Source of the DNA: an uncultured Bacteriovoracaceae bacterium
Lineage (GTDB): Bacteria > Bdellovibrionota > Bacteriovoracia > Bacteriovoracales > Bacteriovoracaceae
Length of the DNA: 64,000 bases
Assembly: GCA_964012805.1 (NCBI GenBank)
Contig: CAXGUD010000004.1
Location: 86,900 to 150,899 of the forward strand
Direction: 5' to 3'
The stretch's first letter is position 1; every line of letters starts with the position of its first letter. Position numbers and translations under genes: made by a program. This document shows, piece by piece, positions 1 through 9,390 of the stretch. The notes beneath the pieces are model-generated. The model saw only the letters and a list, made by a program, of their open reading frames with translations. It ran no database searches and had not been told where the DNA came from.

Positions 1-48
1 AAATAATATGTTAACTTTATCGTTCGGTTTTTAGGAAAAGGAAAGTGG

Positions 49-486
49 TTGTTATTTATGAAAATTATTTGCGTTTTATTTTTTCTCATTAATATCCTTA
101 GTTGGATCCTCGTTAATTCGAGTCTTAAATCTTTTGTGGATATTCCATCTCTTATTATTGTCTTTCTCCCTATTTATATGGCAATCGCCTATAGGCACGG
201 ATGGAAGTCTTTGTTTAGTTTAAAATTTCATACAGACGTTTGGGTAAAAAATGGAAAAGAGCAGGATGGATTATTAAAAACCATTGGCCACACAGCTTTA
301 TTAACGGGAGCCTTGGGAATGGCGGCTGGTTTAGTCCTCATGTTTTTTAATTCCACTCATCCATTTTCCATAGCTGCCCAAACTAATCCCGCGATGAAAA
401 TAAGCTTATTAACCTCAACTTATGCACTTATTGTATTTTTAGTTATAGTGTTACTCTATTTTGTTGGAAGGGAGGATCAATCATGA
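49..486 (+). CDS. Short MotA/PomA-like (MotA/TolQ/ExbB family) membrane protein
   Basis: FVDIPSLIIV motif and GALGMAAGLVLMF...PAMKISLLTSTYA resemble PomA TM2 and TM3-TM4; TTG start; cytoplasmic loop very short. Confidence 0.6.
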   Translation: MLFMKIICVLFFLINILSWILVNSSLKSFVDIPSLIIVFLPIYMAIAYRHGWKSLFSLKFHTDVWVKNGKEQDGLLKTIGHTALLTGALGMAAGLVLMFFNSTHPFSIAAQTNPAMKISLLTSTYALIVFLVIVLLYFVGREDQS

Positions 487-959
487 TTGGAAAAATGACG
501 GGTCTATTTATCCTCTTTAGCAGTATTTTATTAAGTATTCTTATGACGTCTAACCTGTCCTTTTTTTTTGATATTCCATCTTTCCTTATTGTCATGACTC
601 CGCTTCTCATTCTTTTCTTTTTTAAGTTTATTAAAGAAGCGGAAAAAATGAATGGTATAACAAAAGGTAAAGAGGTATCTCATTGGGAACTAATTGGATC
701 CACTTCTCTTCAACTTGGAGTTTTAGGTGCTTTTTTTGGCCTTATAATCATGTTTAAAAGTTTAAATAACCCAAGTGCTATTGGGCCTGCCATGGCCATC
801 ACTCTTCTTTCCATGTTTTATTCTTTAATTGGTTTTTTGGTGTCTTTTTTTATGGGAAATTTCAAGGCAAGACCAACTTACTACTACATCGCCTTTCTTC
901 AACTATTTTTTTTGATCAGCGCTTTTTATACTATAGGCCTGTCTTTTAAAAATAATTAA
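483..959 (+). CDS. Short MotA/PomA-like membrane protein, paralog of upstream gene
   Basis: FFDIPSFLIV and LGVLGAFFGLIIMFKSLNNPSAIGPAMAITLLSMFYS closely match PomA TM3-TM4; GGAGG RBS; ATGA overlap with upstream stop. Confidence 0.72.
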   Translation: MIGKMTGLFILFSSILLSILMTSNLSFFFDIPSFLIVMTPLLILFFFKFIKEAEKMNGITKGKEVSHWELIGSTSLQLGVLGAFFGLIIMFKSLNNPSAIGPAMAITLLSMFYSLIGFLVSFFMGNFKARPTYYYIAFLQLFFLISAFYTIGLSFKNN

Positions 960-971
960 GTTCTAAGGTAA

Positions 972-1778
972 TTATCCAGACATTATATTTCTTGAATTTA
1001 AAAAGTGAGTAAACCACGGGAAATGTCTTTGCATGAAGACAATAAACTTACCATGACCAGTTATAATGACTTCTTTTTTTCCCTTTAGAATCGCCTTTTT
1101 CATTTGTAAGGTGGCGCTTTTTGTATCCATAATGATCCAGTCAGGAGCTGGGTCTTTAGCATCGGCCTTATACTGACCTTTATTATTCACAAGCCTAATT
1201 TGAGATTCCACAAGGCCTGGGCAAATAAGAGTGCATTTAACACCGAATTTTTTCATTTCAAAAAAGAGGCCCTCAGAAAGGGCCTTCACGGCAAACTTAC
1301 TCATGCAATAGGGAGTCAGTTTGGGGCTTGAGATATAAGAGGCAACACTTCCCAAAAGGGCCAGGTGACCTTTTGATTGAATCAAATGATCTTTAAAAAA
1401 ATAAAAAGTACGGAGGACTCCAAAAACATTAGTTTCAAACTGGTATTTATAATCTTCAACTGTTAATTTACTCACATAACCTTGAACAGGTATGCCCGCG
1501 TTTGCAATGACAATTTTTAAGGTGAGGTTATTTTCATTTACAAAATTCTGCACTTTTTGAAGGTCTTCATCCTTCGTGACATCACATATAAATGTTTCAA
1601 CGCTAATTTTAGAATTGATTTTTAGGCACTTTTCTTTTACCTCATGGAGAAGCTCTTTTCTCCTCGCCAATAAAAGGAGAGAGTAAGAGCTTTCAGCAAA
1701 ATGCATGGCCAAATGAGAGCCTATGCCTGAAGAGGCCCCCGTTATTAAAACGTATTCTTTTTCATTCATAATGATCAC
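972..1778 (-). CDS. Short-chain dehydrogenase/reductase (SDR)
   Basis: TGASSGIG Rossmann motif, NAG, catalytic YCMSK (YxxxK), CPG. Confidence 0.93.
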   Translation of the reverse strand: MIIMNEKEYVLITGASSGIGSHLAMHFAESSYSLLLLARRKELLHEVKEKCLKINSKISVETFICDVTKDEDLQKVQNFVNENNLTLKIVIANAGIPVQGYVSKLTVEDYKYQFETNVFGVLRTFYFFKDHLIQSKGHLALLGSVASYISSPKLTPYCMSKFAVKALSEGLFFEMKKFGVKCTLICPGLVESQIRLVNNKGQYKADAKDPAPDWIIMDTKSATLQMKKAILKGKKEVIITGHGKFIVFMQRHFPWFTHFLNSRNIMSG

Positions 1779-1964
1779 TCTTCCTTGGTTATAAAAAACT
1801 TTCTTTCAGCTTATCAGTTTAAACCTTCAAAATATAAAGGAATCGCTCCTTTTTTCAATAAAAATTATTTAAAATTTACCGAGCTCCCTTATCAATTTTT
1901 CAGGGACAGGTGATAAAAAGCCTCTTTTATGGTTAAAGTTAACTGTTACTTAAGAGGTTTTTAT

Positions 1965-2537
1965 ATGGCATCTCCATTTGTAATACACAGCTTGACCTTT
2001 GGGGTTTTTTTCTCATTTTTGAGTTATGACCTCCTCTTTTATAAATGGTACCAAAGAGGTGATGGAAAAGAGGATAAGCATACATCCACTCTTCTTCAAA
2101 TGTTTCTTTCTTTAAACCTTATCTTTTCCTTTTTTTGCTTTTTCAAAGGGCTTCATTTCTCTCATGAAAGTCATGCGGTTTTAATGCTCCTAGGACTCAT
2201 CCTTTGTCTTTGTGGTTTATATATACGTGTTTGGGCGATTAAAACCCTTAAGAGTATGTTTTCCTGGAAAATAAGCATTCAAAAAGACCACAAGCTAATT
2301 AAAAATGGTCCTTATAAACTGGTACGCCACCCAAGTTATTCTGGTGGGTTGTTGGCCATTTTCGGTTTTAACTTGGCACTTGGAGCATGGCCTGCTCTTA
2401 TCCTTTTTATGATGACTTATTTGCCTGTCCTTCTGATAAGAGTCAAATCAGAAGAATTGGTCTTAGGTCAATATTTTAAAAATGATTACGAGGAATATAA
2501 GAAAACGTCCTACTCCTTAATTCCTTTTCTTTTTTAA
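1965..2537 (+). CDS. Isoprenylcysteine carboxyl methyltransferase (ICMT/PEMT) family membrane protein
   Basis: HKLIKNGPYKLVRHPSYSG and RVKSEE..L...F...YEEY motifs; ATG at 1965 follows GAGG (ORF track starts 1929). Confidence 0.88.
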   Translation: MASPFVIHSLTFGVFFSFLSYDLLFYKWYQRGDGKEDKHTSTLLQMFLSLNLIFSFFCFFKGLHFSHESHAVLMLLGLILCLCGLYIRVWAIKTLKSMFSWKISIQKDHKLIKNGPYKLVRHPSYSGGLLAIFGFNLALGAWPALILFMMTYLPVLLIRVKSEELVLGQYFKNDYEEYKKTSYSLIPFLF

Positions 2538-2558
2538 CTAAAAATAATTAAAAAAACT

Positions 2559-3614
2559 ATGAATGATTTAAAAAAAATAAGGCATAAGGTTGATATATCA
2601 AAGTATAAAAAAGATAGGACTCTTTTTATTCACTTTTTTATTCACCTTTTTATTTTCTTAGGTCTCATGAGCTTTGTCATGCTCTCTCCAGAGCTTCACT
2701 GGGCACTTTATTTTTTATTTATTATCGTGGTTGGAAATAGTATGCTCGTCATGTCTTTTGCGGCCCATGAAATGAGTCATGGTGGTGGAGGGCTCAAAAA
2801 AGGATGGACTTTAAAAACTCTCATCCATTTTGGATGGTTGGGCGGGGTGTTTACAACCGGAACAAATCAGACCGTTGCTCATAATAGACTTCATCATATC
2901 CACACCAATAAATTAAATGACCCTGATAGAAGAGTTCTTCAAAAAGAAGTATCTCCTTATGGGAAATGGGCCAGTCTTTTTTCTTTTTTTGTTCCAAGTC
3001 ATCATTACCCTAAAATGACCTTTCTTTATGGCTTTGCTTTTCTGATCTTTTCTTACCACAATAACCTTTTTTGGCAGACTCTTTTCAATTCAAAACAAAT
3101 TTATGACCTTCGTTTAAGTGTTAAAGATAAGCTTAAAACCTCCCTTGAGTACTTTTCAAACCTTTTGGTTTATGGACTCTTTTGGTCTATGAGTGGCTTT
3201 AGTTTTAAAGGCCTGGCCTTTATAGGGTTTTCCTATTTTGTTGTGGCCTGGTTATCAGGGTTTTATATTATTACAAACCATTTAAATTGCAGTCTTTTAG
3301 ATCAAGAGATGGATAGCTTTGAAAACACTTTGAAAACCACCGTATCGCTTGAAATACCAAAGTGGATTGATTTCCTCCACCTTTACTTTTCTCACCATGT
3401 TGAACACCACCTTTTCCCAGCAGCAAGTCACAAACTATTTCCCGAATTAAGAGAGGCCCTTCTTAAAGATTTTAAGGATGAATATAAAATACTATCCTGG
3501 TCGAAGGCCATAAGACTTATTCTAGAAAGACCTATATTTTTAGTTGATAAAGATACAATAGCTGACTGGGATGGGAAAAATATAAAAAGAGTTGCCTTTG
3601 TTAGAAAGGCATAA
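2559..3614 (+). CDS. Membrane fatty acid desaturase family protein
   Basis: Three His boxes HEMSH, HNRLHHIH, HHVEHHLFP with hydrophobic segments. Confidence 0.9.
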   Translation: MNDLKKIRHKVDISKYKKDRTLFIHFFIHLFIFLGLMSFVMLSPELHWALYFLFIIVVGNSMLVMSFAAHEMSHGGGGLKKGWTLKTLIHFGWLGGVFTTGTNQTVAHNRLHHIHTNKLNDPDRRVLQKEVSPYGKWASLFSFFVPSHHYPKMTFLYGFAFLIFSYHNNLFWQTLFNSKQIYDLRLSVKDKLKTSLEYFSNLLVYGLFWSMSGFSFKGLAFIGFSYFVVAWLSGFYIITNHLNCSLLDQEMDSFENTLKTTVSLEIPKWIDFLHLYFSHHVEHHLFPAASHKLFPELREALLKDFKDEYKILSWSKAIRLILERPIFLVDKDTIADWDGKNIKRVAFVRKA

Positions 3615-3622
3615 AGATGCCT

Positions 3623-4000
3623 CTATTTTTCGAGAACCTTTTTTAAAATATTAATTAAATGTTCTTGCTTAAACGGTTTTTTAAGATAATCGTTTTTAAT
3701 ATTTTCCTCATAAAATCCTTTAAAGCAGTCATATTTTTCAGGTTGATCAGTAGACATCATAACAAAAGGAATTAAAAGCTCATTCCTTTTGATGTAATCG
3801 TAGACTGTTCCACCATTTCCATCTTTCATTCTATAGTCGCAGAGGACAACTTCGATATCTTTTTCTTTTTCTAAGAGTTTTATGGCATTGTTTCCACAGT
3901 TTGCTTGAAGGATTTCAAAAGAATATTGAGCGCTTATGAAGTGGGCCAACAAAAACCTAATGGCATCTTCATCATCAACTATGAGAATTTTTTTATTCAA
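3623..4000 (-). CDS. Single-domain response regulator (receiver)
   Basis: ILIVDDE, phosphoacceptor LCDYRM, S/T and KP motifs; TTG start. Confidence 0.88.
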   Translation of the reverse strand: MNKKILIVDDEDAIRFLLAHFISAQYSFEILQANCGNNAIKLLEKEKDIEVVLCDYRMKDGNGGTVYDYIKRNELLIPFVMMSTDQPEKYDCFKGFYEENIKNDYLKKPFKQEHLINILKKVLEK

Positions 4001-4160
4001 AACTTTATCCTAGAAAAGAAAAGAGATCATCTCTATTATATCCAATTAAAATAAGGTTCATAGAAATGAGAATATTTACCTCTTCATTTTTCACTCAATA
4101 TTAACAATTCATACAAATATCTAATTTAATCAGTTTTTGATATTTATAAATTTTATTATT

Positions 4161-5144
4161 TCAGTTCTTTTTACTCAGAGCTTTAATAAGTTCATAAAGA
4201 TAACCCTTCAATTCGGACCTTAATGATTTATATTCTTTTAGATCCTTCTGCTCCTTTTTTGGAATAAGGTCATGATAAGACCTAAACTTTTCTATATCTC
4301 TTAAAAGCCTTTGAATAGAGCTTATTTCAATTTTGACCCTTGACTCAAAATCTCTAATCCGCTTCCTTTTAAGAATATTTATTTTAGAGTTTGGCCTTTT
4401 TAAATCCATCTTTGAAAACTTCATGATAACAAAGCCTTTATAAAGCTTCGCTTTTTCTTCATATGATAATTTTTGAGGATCATAAGAATTATTCTTCAGT
4501 TTACTTTGAGCAAATTTACTTATTCTACCAATTCTAGGAAGTTTTTTGCTAAGCTTGCAAACTTTACCTGATAAAAGACCCCTTGAAATTGTCATGGAAA
4601 AATCTTTAATTGTTCTTCTGCTTGGAACCTTTTGAGAAACGAAAAGAAATTCTTTTTTAAGTTTTTTTCCTGAGCAATCATCACCATTAGCGCAAGCTAC
4701 AGCTTCTAAAGCAAACCCAGCATTATCCATTCTATTAGAGACGTGAAAAGCAACAACCATAGCAATGGGAACGGGGGCGAGATAAATTCCTGGAATAGCA
4801 GCACCTAAGGCAAACATGACAGGCGCTCCTGACAAAATATGTCCCGCTGTAAGACTTCGTGTAATTCCATATATAATCCATAGTCCTCCGCCAAGAGTTC
4901 CTGAGGCCAGGCTTAAACCTCCATAGGTTCCTAAAATACCCTTTTTAAATCGTCCTTGGATTTTCTTTTTCTTTAATCCTTTTTTATCAAATTCATCAAA
5001 ACAAGGTGAGGCCCTGAAAAAAGGGGACAGATAATTTTGATAAGTAATGACTTCCTCTTTCTTTTTTGAGTAAGCCGCCACTGTATTAAAAAGAAGAAGA
5101 CTGGCCAAAAAAATGAGCTTCAATTTGAAATTTAATTTTTTCAT
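4161..5144 (-). CDS. Secreted basic hypothetical protein with internal Gly-rich hydrophobic segment (tandem copy A)
   Basis: Signal peptide; 327 aa; highly similar to adjacent gene. Confidence 0.8.
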   Translation of the reverse strand: MKKLNFKLKLIFLASLLLFNTVAAYSKKKEEVITYQNYLSPFFRASPCFDEFDKKGLKKKKIQGRFKKGILGTYGGLSLASGTLGGGLWIIYGITRSLTAGHILSGAPVMFALGAAIPGIYLAPVPIAMVVAFHVSNRMDNAGFALEAVACANGDDCSGKKLKKEFLFVSQKVPSRRTIKDFSMTISRGLLSGKVCKLSKKLPRIGRISKFAQSKLKNNSYDPQKLSYEEKAKLYKGFVIMKFSKMDLKRPNSKINILKRKRIRDFESRVKIEISSIQRLLRDIEKFRSYHDLIPKKEQKDLKEYKSLRSELKGYLYELIKALSKKN

Positions 5145-5156
5145 TGACTGAACCTA

Positions 5157-6140
5157 TTATTTTTTCTTTTTCTCTAGGGTCAAAATAAGGTCATAAAGGT
5201 ACTTTTTCATTTCAGACCTTACGCTCTCAAAATTCTTAAGATCCTTTTTATCGCCTTTAGGGACAACAGAATCGTATGACTTAAATTTTTCTATATCCCT
5301 TAAAATTCTTTGGATGGCACTAATTTCAATTCTCACCTTTGATTCAAATTCCTTTACTTTTTTATTCTGTCTTCTTTTAAAAAAAGAAGTCGGTTTTTTT
5401 AAATCCATTTTTGAAAGTTTAGCGATAAGAAACCCTTTATAGAGCTCTATCTTTTCTTTGTTTGTTAATTTCTGAGGGTCGTAGGAATTCTTTTTGAGTT
5501 TGCTCTGAGCAAACTTACTGATTTTTCCAATTCTAGGAAGCCTTTTACTTAACTTGCAGACTTCTCCGGATAAAAGACCCCTGGCTATGGTCATGGAAAA
5601 ATCCTGAATGGTTCTTCTGCTCGGTACTTTTTGAGAAACGAAAAGGAACTCTTTTTTAAGCTTTTTTCCAGTACAGTCATCACCATTAGCACAGGCAACG
5701 GCTTCTAAAACAAAACCGGCATTATCAAGCCTGTTCGCTACATGAAAAGCAACGGTCATGGCTATGGGAACTGGGGCCAGAAAATAAGCCGGTGCTATGG
5801 CACCAATGGCAAATAAAAAGGCCCCACCAATGAGTGCTCCACTGCCACCCGCTTGGAGTGTCCCTACGACCCAAGCGCCACCAACAAGGGTTCCGCTGGC
5901 AAGACTTAGCCCTCCATAGGTTCCTAGGACACCTTTTTTAATCCGCCCTTTAATTTTTTTCTTCTTTAAACCCTTTTTGTCAAACTCATCAAAGCAAGCT
6001 GAGGCCCTGAAAAAAGGTGAGAGGTAACTATGATAAGTCATGACCTCTTCTGTCTTTTTAGAAAAGGCCACTTCTGAATTTAAAAGAAGAAGTGCTGCTA
6101 AAACAAAAAGCTTTGATTTCAAAAAAAATGATTTAGGCAT
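5157..6140 (-). CDS. Secreted basic hypothetical protein with internal Gly-rich hydrophobic segment (tandem copy B)
   Basis: Signal peptide; GAGG RBS; long identical blocks with copy A (e.g. GKKLKKEFLFVSQKVPSRRTI). Confidence 0.8.
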   Translation of the reverse strand: MPKSFFLKSKLFVLAALLLLNSEVAFSKKTEEVMTYHSYLSPFFRASACFDEFDKKGLKKKKIKGRIKKGVLGTYGGLSLASGTLVGGAWVVGTLQAGGSGALIGGAFLFAIGAIAPAYFLAPVPIAMTVAFHVANRLDNAGFVLEAVACANGDDCTGKKLKKEFLFVSQKVPSRRTIQDFSMTIARGLLSGEVCKLSKRLPRIGKISKFAQSKLKKNSYDPQKLTNKEKIELYKGFLIAKLSKMDLKKPTSFFKRRQNKKVKEFESKVRIEISAIQRILRDIEKFKSYDSVVPKGDKKDLKNFESVRSEMKKYLYDLILTLEKKKK

Positions 6141-6172
6141 GATTCCACCTCTTCTAAAATTTTTTTCTTTAG

Positions 6173-7042
6173 TTATTTTCTCTTTTTCCAGTTTTTTGAT
6201 TTCTTTTTAATTTCTTTCTTTTTCCTCTCCATTTCTTTATGAAACTTTTTAAAAGCATTTTTAATATCTACGCGGTTTAGTTGGTGCTTGATAAGTTTTG
6301 GTGGGTCACAGCCAGCTAAAACATCACTTGCATGATGCTTCAGCTCTTTAAAGTACTCTTTATAAGGTGCTTTGGCCCTTCTCACAAACTCGGCAACATC
6401 GGGGTCAAACTTTGCCATTTGTTTCATGCCCCTGGAGTCTAACTTGATTTTACCTTTTTTATTACCAAGGCCTGGTATTTTAGTGGAAAGCCTATAGACA
6501 TCCTTTCCTTCCGCCCAAACATCTTTAGGATCTTTATAAGGAAGGTAACCGGGCTTGTCTGTCCAGGCCTCAATAAAAGTCATTTCTCCCTTTTCATTAA
6601 AAGTGAATTCTTCATAGATGGGGCATTTAAGTCCATCGTAATCAAAAATAACGTGACATCTTCCCATAGGGTTCTTTTTAAAGAAACGGCAATCTAGCTT
6701 GTCATAAGCGGTTTTAAAAAGCTTTAAAAGGGTGTCCGTCCAAATCAAATTAGATTTTCCGTAACCCGTTAAAAGAAGCCAAGGTTCCCATTCCCATCTG
6801 ACTACTTTTTCAGAGTAGTTGGGCTGAACCATAACGCTAACAGAAGTTTCCATCGTTCTAAAATATTTAATACTTTGCTCTACGTAGTATTTTGGTGGCT
6901 TTGTTGGTTTCACACAGCCAGCTTTTGCAGCATCTGTTCCGCAGGCCAAAACTTTTCCAAAGTTAATTGTTCCAGCAAAAGCATTGATTGAAATAAAGAA
7001 AAATATCAAAGATAAAAAGAGCGTTCGACTAAATATATTCAT
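6173..7042 (-). CDS. Secreted hypothetical protein
   Basis: ATG at 7042 preceded by AAGGAG; signal peptide ending AFA; no recognised family. Confidence 0.75.
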   Translation of the reverse strand: MNIFSRTLFLSLIFFFISINAFAGTINFGKVLACGTDAAKAGCVKPTKPPKYYVEQSIKYFRTMETSVSVMVQPNYSEKVVRWEWEPWLLLTGYGKSNLIWTDTLLKLFKTAYDKLDCRFFKKNPMGRCHVIFDYDGLKCPIYEEFTFNEKGEMTFIEAWTDKPGYLPYKDPKDVWAEGKDVYRLSTKIPGLGNKKGKIKLDSRGMKQMAKFDPDVAEFVRRAKAPYKEYFKELKHHASDVLAGCDPPKLIKHQLNRVDIKNAFKKFHKEMERKKKEIKKKSKNWKKRK

Positions 7043-7144
7043 TTGAGTCTCCTTAAAATGGAACTTCAAATGATCTTACCCTATTTTAAATTTTAAAAAA
7101 AAAAAGATGATTAAAATCTTTGGATCTGTGAACACTAGAGTAGT

Positions 7145-8236
7145 TTAACTCAGGTTTAAAACAGGCTTTATAAAAACCGAAAGAACACCCAATAAAATTC
7201 CTAAAGTCACAAGTTTTATTGAACTAGTCTTTGGAAACTTCCAAAGGATAAGGCCAATAATTATAAAGATGGCGGCTCCTAGAGGATCACTAAATGAAAC
7301 TTTTCCTAGAGGGTAGATGGCATAAATCATAAGGCCTACGGCGCCTGCATTGACACTGTCTAAAAGAAGAGAAAAGTTTTTTGAGTTTCTCATTTTTGGA
7401 ATCAAGGGGTTTAAAGCGTAAACAAAAATAAAGGAGGGGAGAAAAATTCCAATAGAGGCAAGCAAGGCCCCCTCAAAACCGCTTAGAAGGTAACCAACAA
7501 AAGTTGATGTTGAAAGAACTGGTCCAGGAGTAAATTGTCCGATGGCAATAGCATCGGCTATTTGGGCACTTGTGAGCCAGCCCCTCTTTTCAACAATTTC
7601 ATCTTGAAGATAGGCCATAAGAACATAGCCACTTCCAAACAAAACGCTTCCAATTTTTGTGAAAACCCAAAAGATAGAAGGTAAGGCCACACTTTTAAGA
7701 CTAAAAGAGCTTTTGACCTTTAAAATAATAAACCCGAAAATGGAGCCAATAAAAAGAGCGTAGACTTCACCTATTCCGTAAAAACCTAAGCCTATGACAA
7801 GTGCCGCAACAGCGCCAAGTTCATATCCCTTTATGGCCTTTTTCCCAAGTTTTTGAACGGCTTGAAAAATAAGAATAATAACAACAGGTTTAATGCCAAT
7901 TAAGTATTGTTCAAAGTTTGGAATTTTATAGGCGAGCGTATAAAGGTAGGCCAAAATTCCCGTTAGAACACAGGCGGGCAGTATAAAAGAAATTCCGGCA
8001 ATCAAAAGACCAGGGACGCCGCCTCTTTGGTATCCACAGTGAATGACCATCTCAGTTGAGTTCGGGCCTGGAATAAGGGAAGTCGCTCCGACGAGGTCGA
8101 GGAAGTGTTTTTCATCCATCCACTTTCTTTTTTCGACAACCTCTTTGTGAATCATCGCTATATGTGCGGCTGGACCACCAAAAGCTACAAGACCGAGCCG
8201 TAAAAATAACTTTAAAATCTCTGAAAAGGTCTTCAA
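7145..8236 (-). CDS. chrA: Chromate efflux transporter (CHR family, long chain)
   Basis: FGGPAAHIAM, PGPNSTE, FGSGYVL, GQFTPGP motifs in two homologous halves. Confidence 0.93.
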   Translation of the reverse strand: MKTFSEILKLFLRLGLVAFGGPAAHIAMIHKEVVEKRKWMDEKHFLDLVGATSLIPGPNSTEMVIHCGYQRGGVPGLLIAGISFILPACVLTGILAYLYTLAYKIPNFEQYLIGIKPVVIILIFQAVQKLGKKAIKGYELGAVAALVIGLGFYGIGEVYALFIGSIFGFIILKVKSSFSLKSVALPSIFWVFTKIGSVLFGSGYVLMAYLQDEIVEKRGWLTSAQIADAIAIGQFTPGPVLSTSTFVGYLLSGFEGALLASIGIFLPSFIFVYALNPLIPKMRNSKNFSLLLDSVNAGAVGLMIYAIYPLGKVSFSDPLGAAIFIIIGLILWKFPKTSSIKLVTLGILLGVLSVFIKPVLNLS

Positions 8237-8328
8237 AACTGATCTCCCAACTTAAGAAGGTTTTTTAGGTCAGCGTTTTATCGTTAAGGCCAGTAATATA
8301 CCTTTAGAGTAAAAGATTTTAAAGTTTG

Positions 8329-9225
8329 TTATTTGTTAACGCATTTCAAGTCTTTGTGTTTGAGGAAGAAGCAACTGAGTGAGTTCAATTCATTGCAGGT
8401 TAGGTCTTCAGAGCTTAATTGACAAAATGACGCAGTGTTTTTTAGCAAATTTTTTGTAACTTGTTTTTTTCCTTGGAATTTATAGATGTCCCTAGAAAGT
8501 TCTTCCCAAATTTTCTTTTGGGTAGCTCTATAACGGTTTTTGGGCCCCCTTTTTTTTAATTTTAAAATCCTATCAATATAAATATAAAACTTGTTAGCAA
8601 AAATATCTTTCAATCGAAAGGTAACATGCCTGTCATAAAGGTGGAGGCAAAGTGGTTTATTTTCTCTTATGTGAAAAAAGAAAGGGGACTCCGTTTTTTT
8701 CGAATTAAATCTTTCGGTTAGTTCAAACCAATAATCCTTATCTGGGTTAATATATTTAAGATGATTTTTCTGAATTGAATTTAAGGGGTTGCCTGAACTA
8801 TTTGAGAACTCTTCTATGATGAGGTTTGTGAGAAATATCTCTTTAAAGTATCCAGGTGAGAGTGGTCCTACATTATGCTTTGACCTTTTAATTTTAAAAT
8901 GACTAATAAGCTCACAGGACTTGATATTTTTCACTTTTTGACAAATATTTTTTAGAAGAGGCCGAACTTTGGTGTGATCATCCATCATTTGGTTAAAAAA
9001 AAGGTCAAAAAGGTCTTTTCTTGGTGTGCAACGATTATTTTTTATGTAATCCAAGTAGATAAAGAGTAAAGGCAATGCTTGGGCCAATGAATGCGGATCT
9101 AAGTCGACCCCTTTAAGATGATTCTCGTAAAGGTAGTCTTTTGAGGAAGATTCTTTTTTAAAAACTGTGCAAGATGAAAGGAGGCAAATTAAAAGAATTA
9201 AGAAAAGGGACTTAAAGATGTTCAA
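8329..9225 (-). CDS. Hypothetical lipoprotein
   Basis: Hydrophobic N-terminus with lipobox LSSC; 298-aa ORF. Confidence 0.65.
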   Translation of the reverse strand: MNIFKSLFLILLICLLSSCTVFKKESSSKDYLYENHLKGVDLDPHSLAQALPLLFIYLDYIKNNRCTPRKDLFDLFFNQMMDDHTKVRPLLKNICQKVKNIKSCELISHFKIKRSKHNVGPLSPGYFKEIFLTNLIIEEFSNSSGNPLNSIQKNHLKYINPDKDYWFELTERFNSKKTESPFFFHIRENKPLCLHLYDRHVTFRLKDIFANKFYIYIDRILKLKKRGPKNRYRATQKKIWEELSRDIYKFQGKKQVTKNLLKNTASFCQLSSEDLTCNELNSLSCFFLKHKDLKCVNK

Positions 9226-9390
9226 AGTTGGCTTCCAGAAACTTTATAGAACTTTATAAGGTATTCTCATTATTTCATTAAGATTTCTTTTTAACAATTG
9301 GTAAAGTGGAAATAAAAATATAAAATTATTTTATAAATATCATTTAAAAAATTTACACTTTTTCAAAGTTCTAGAAAAGGGTTAGAAGCT

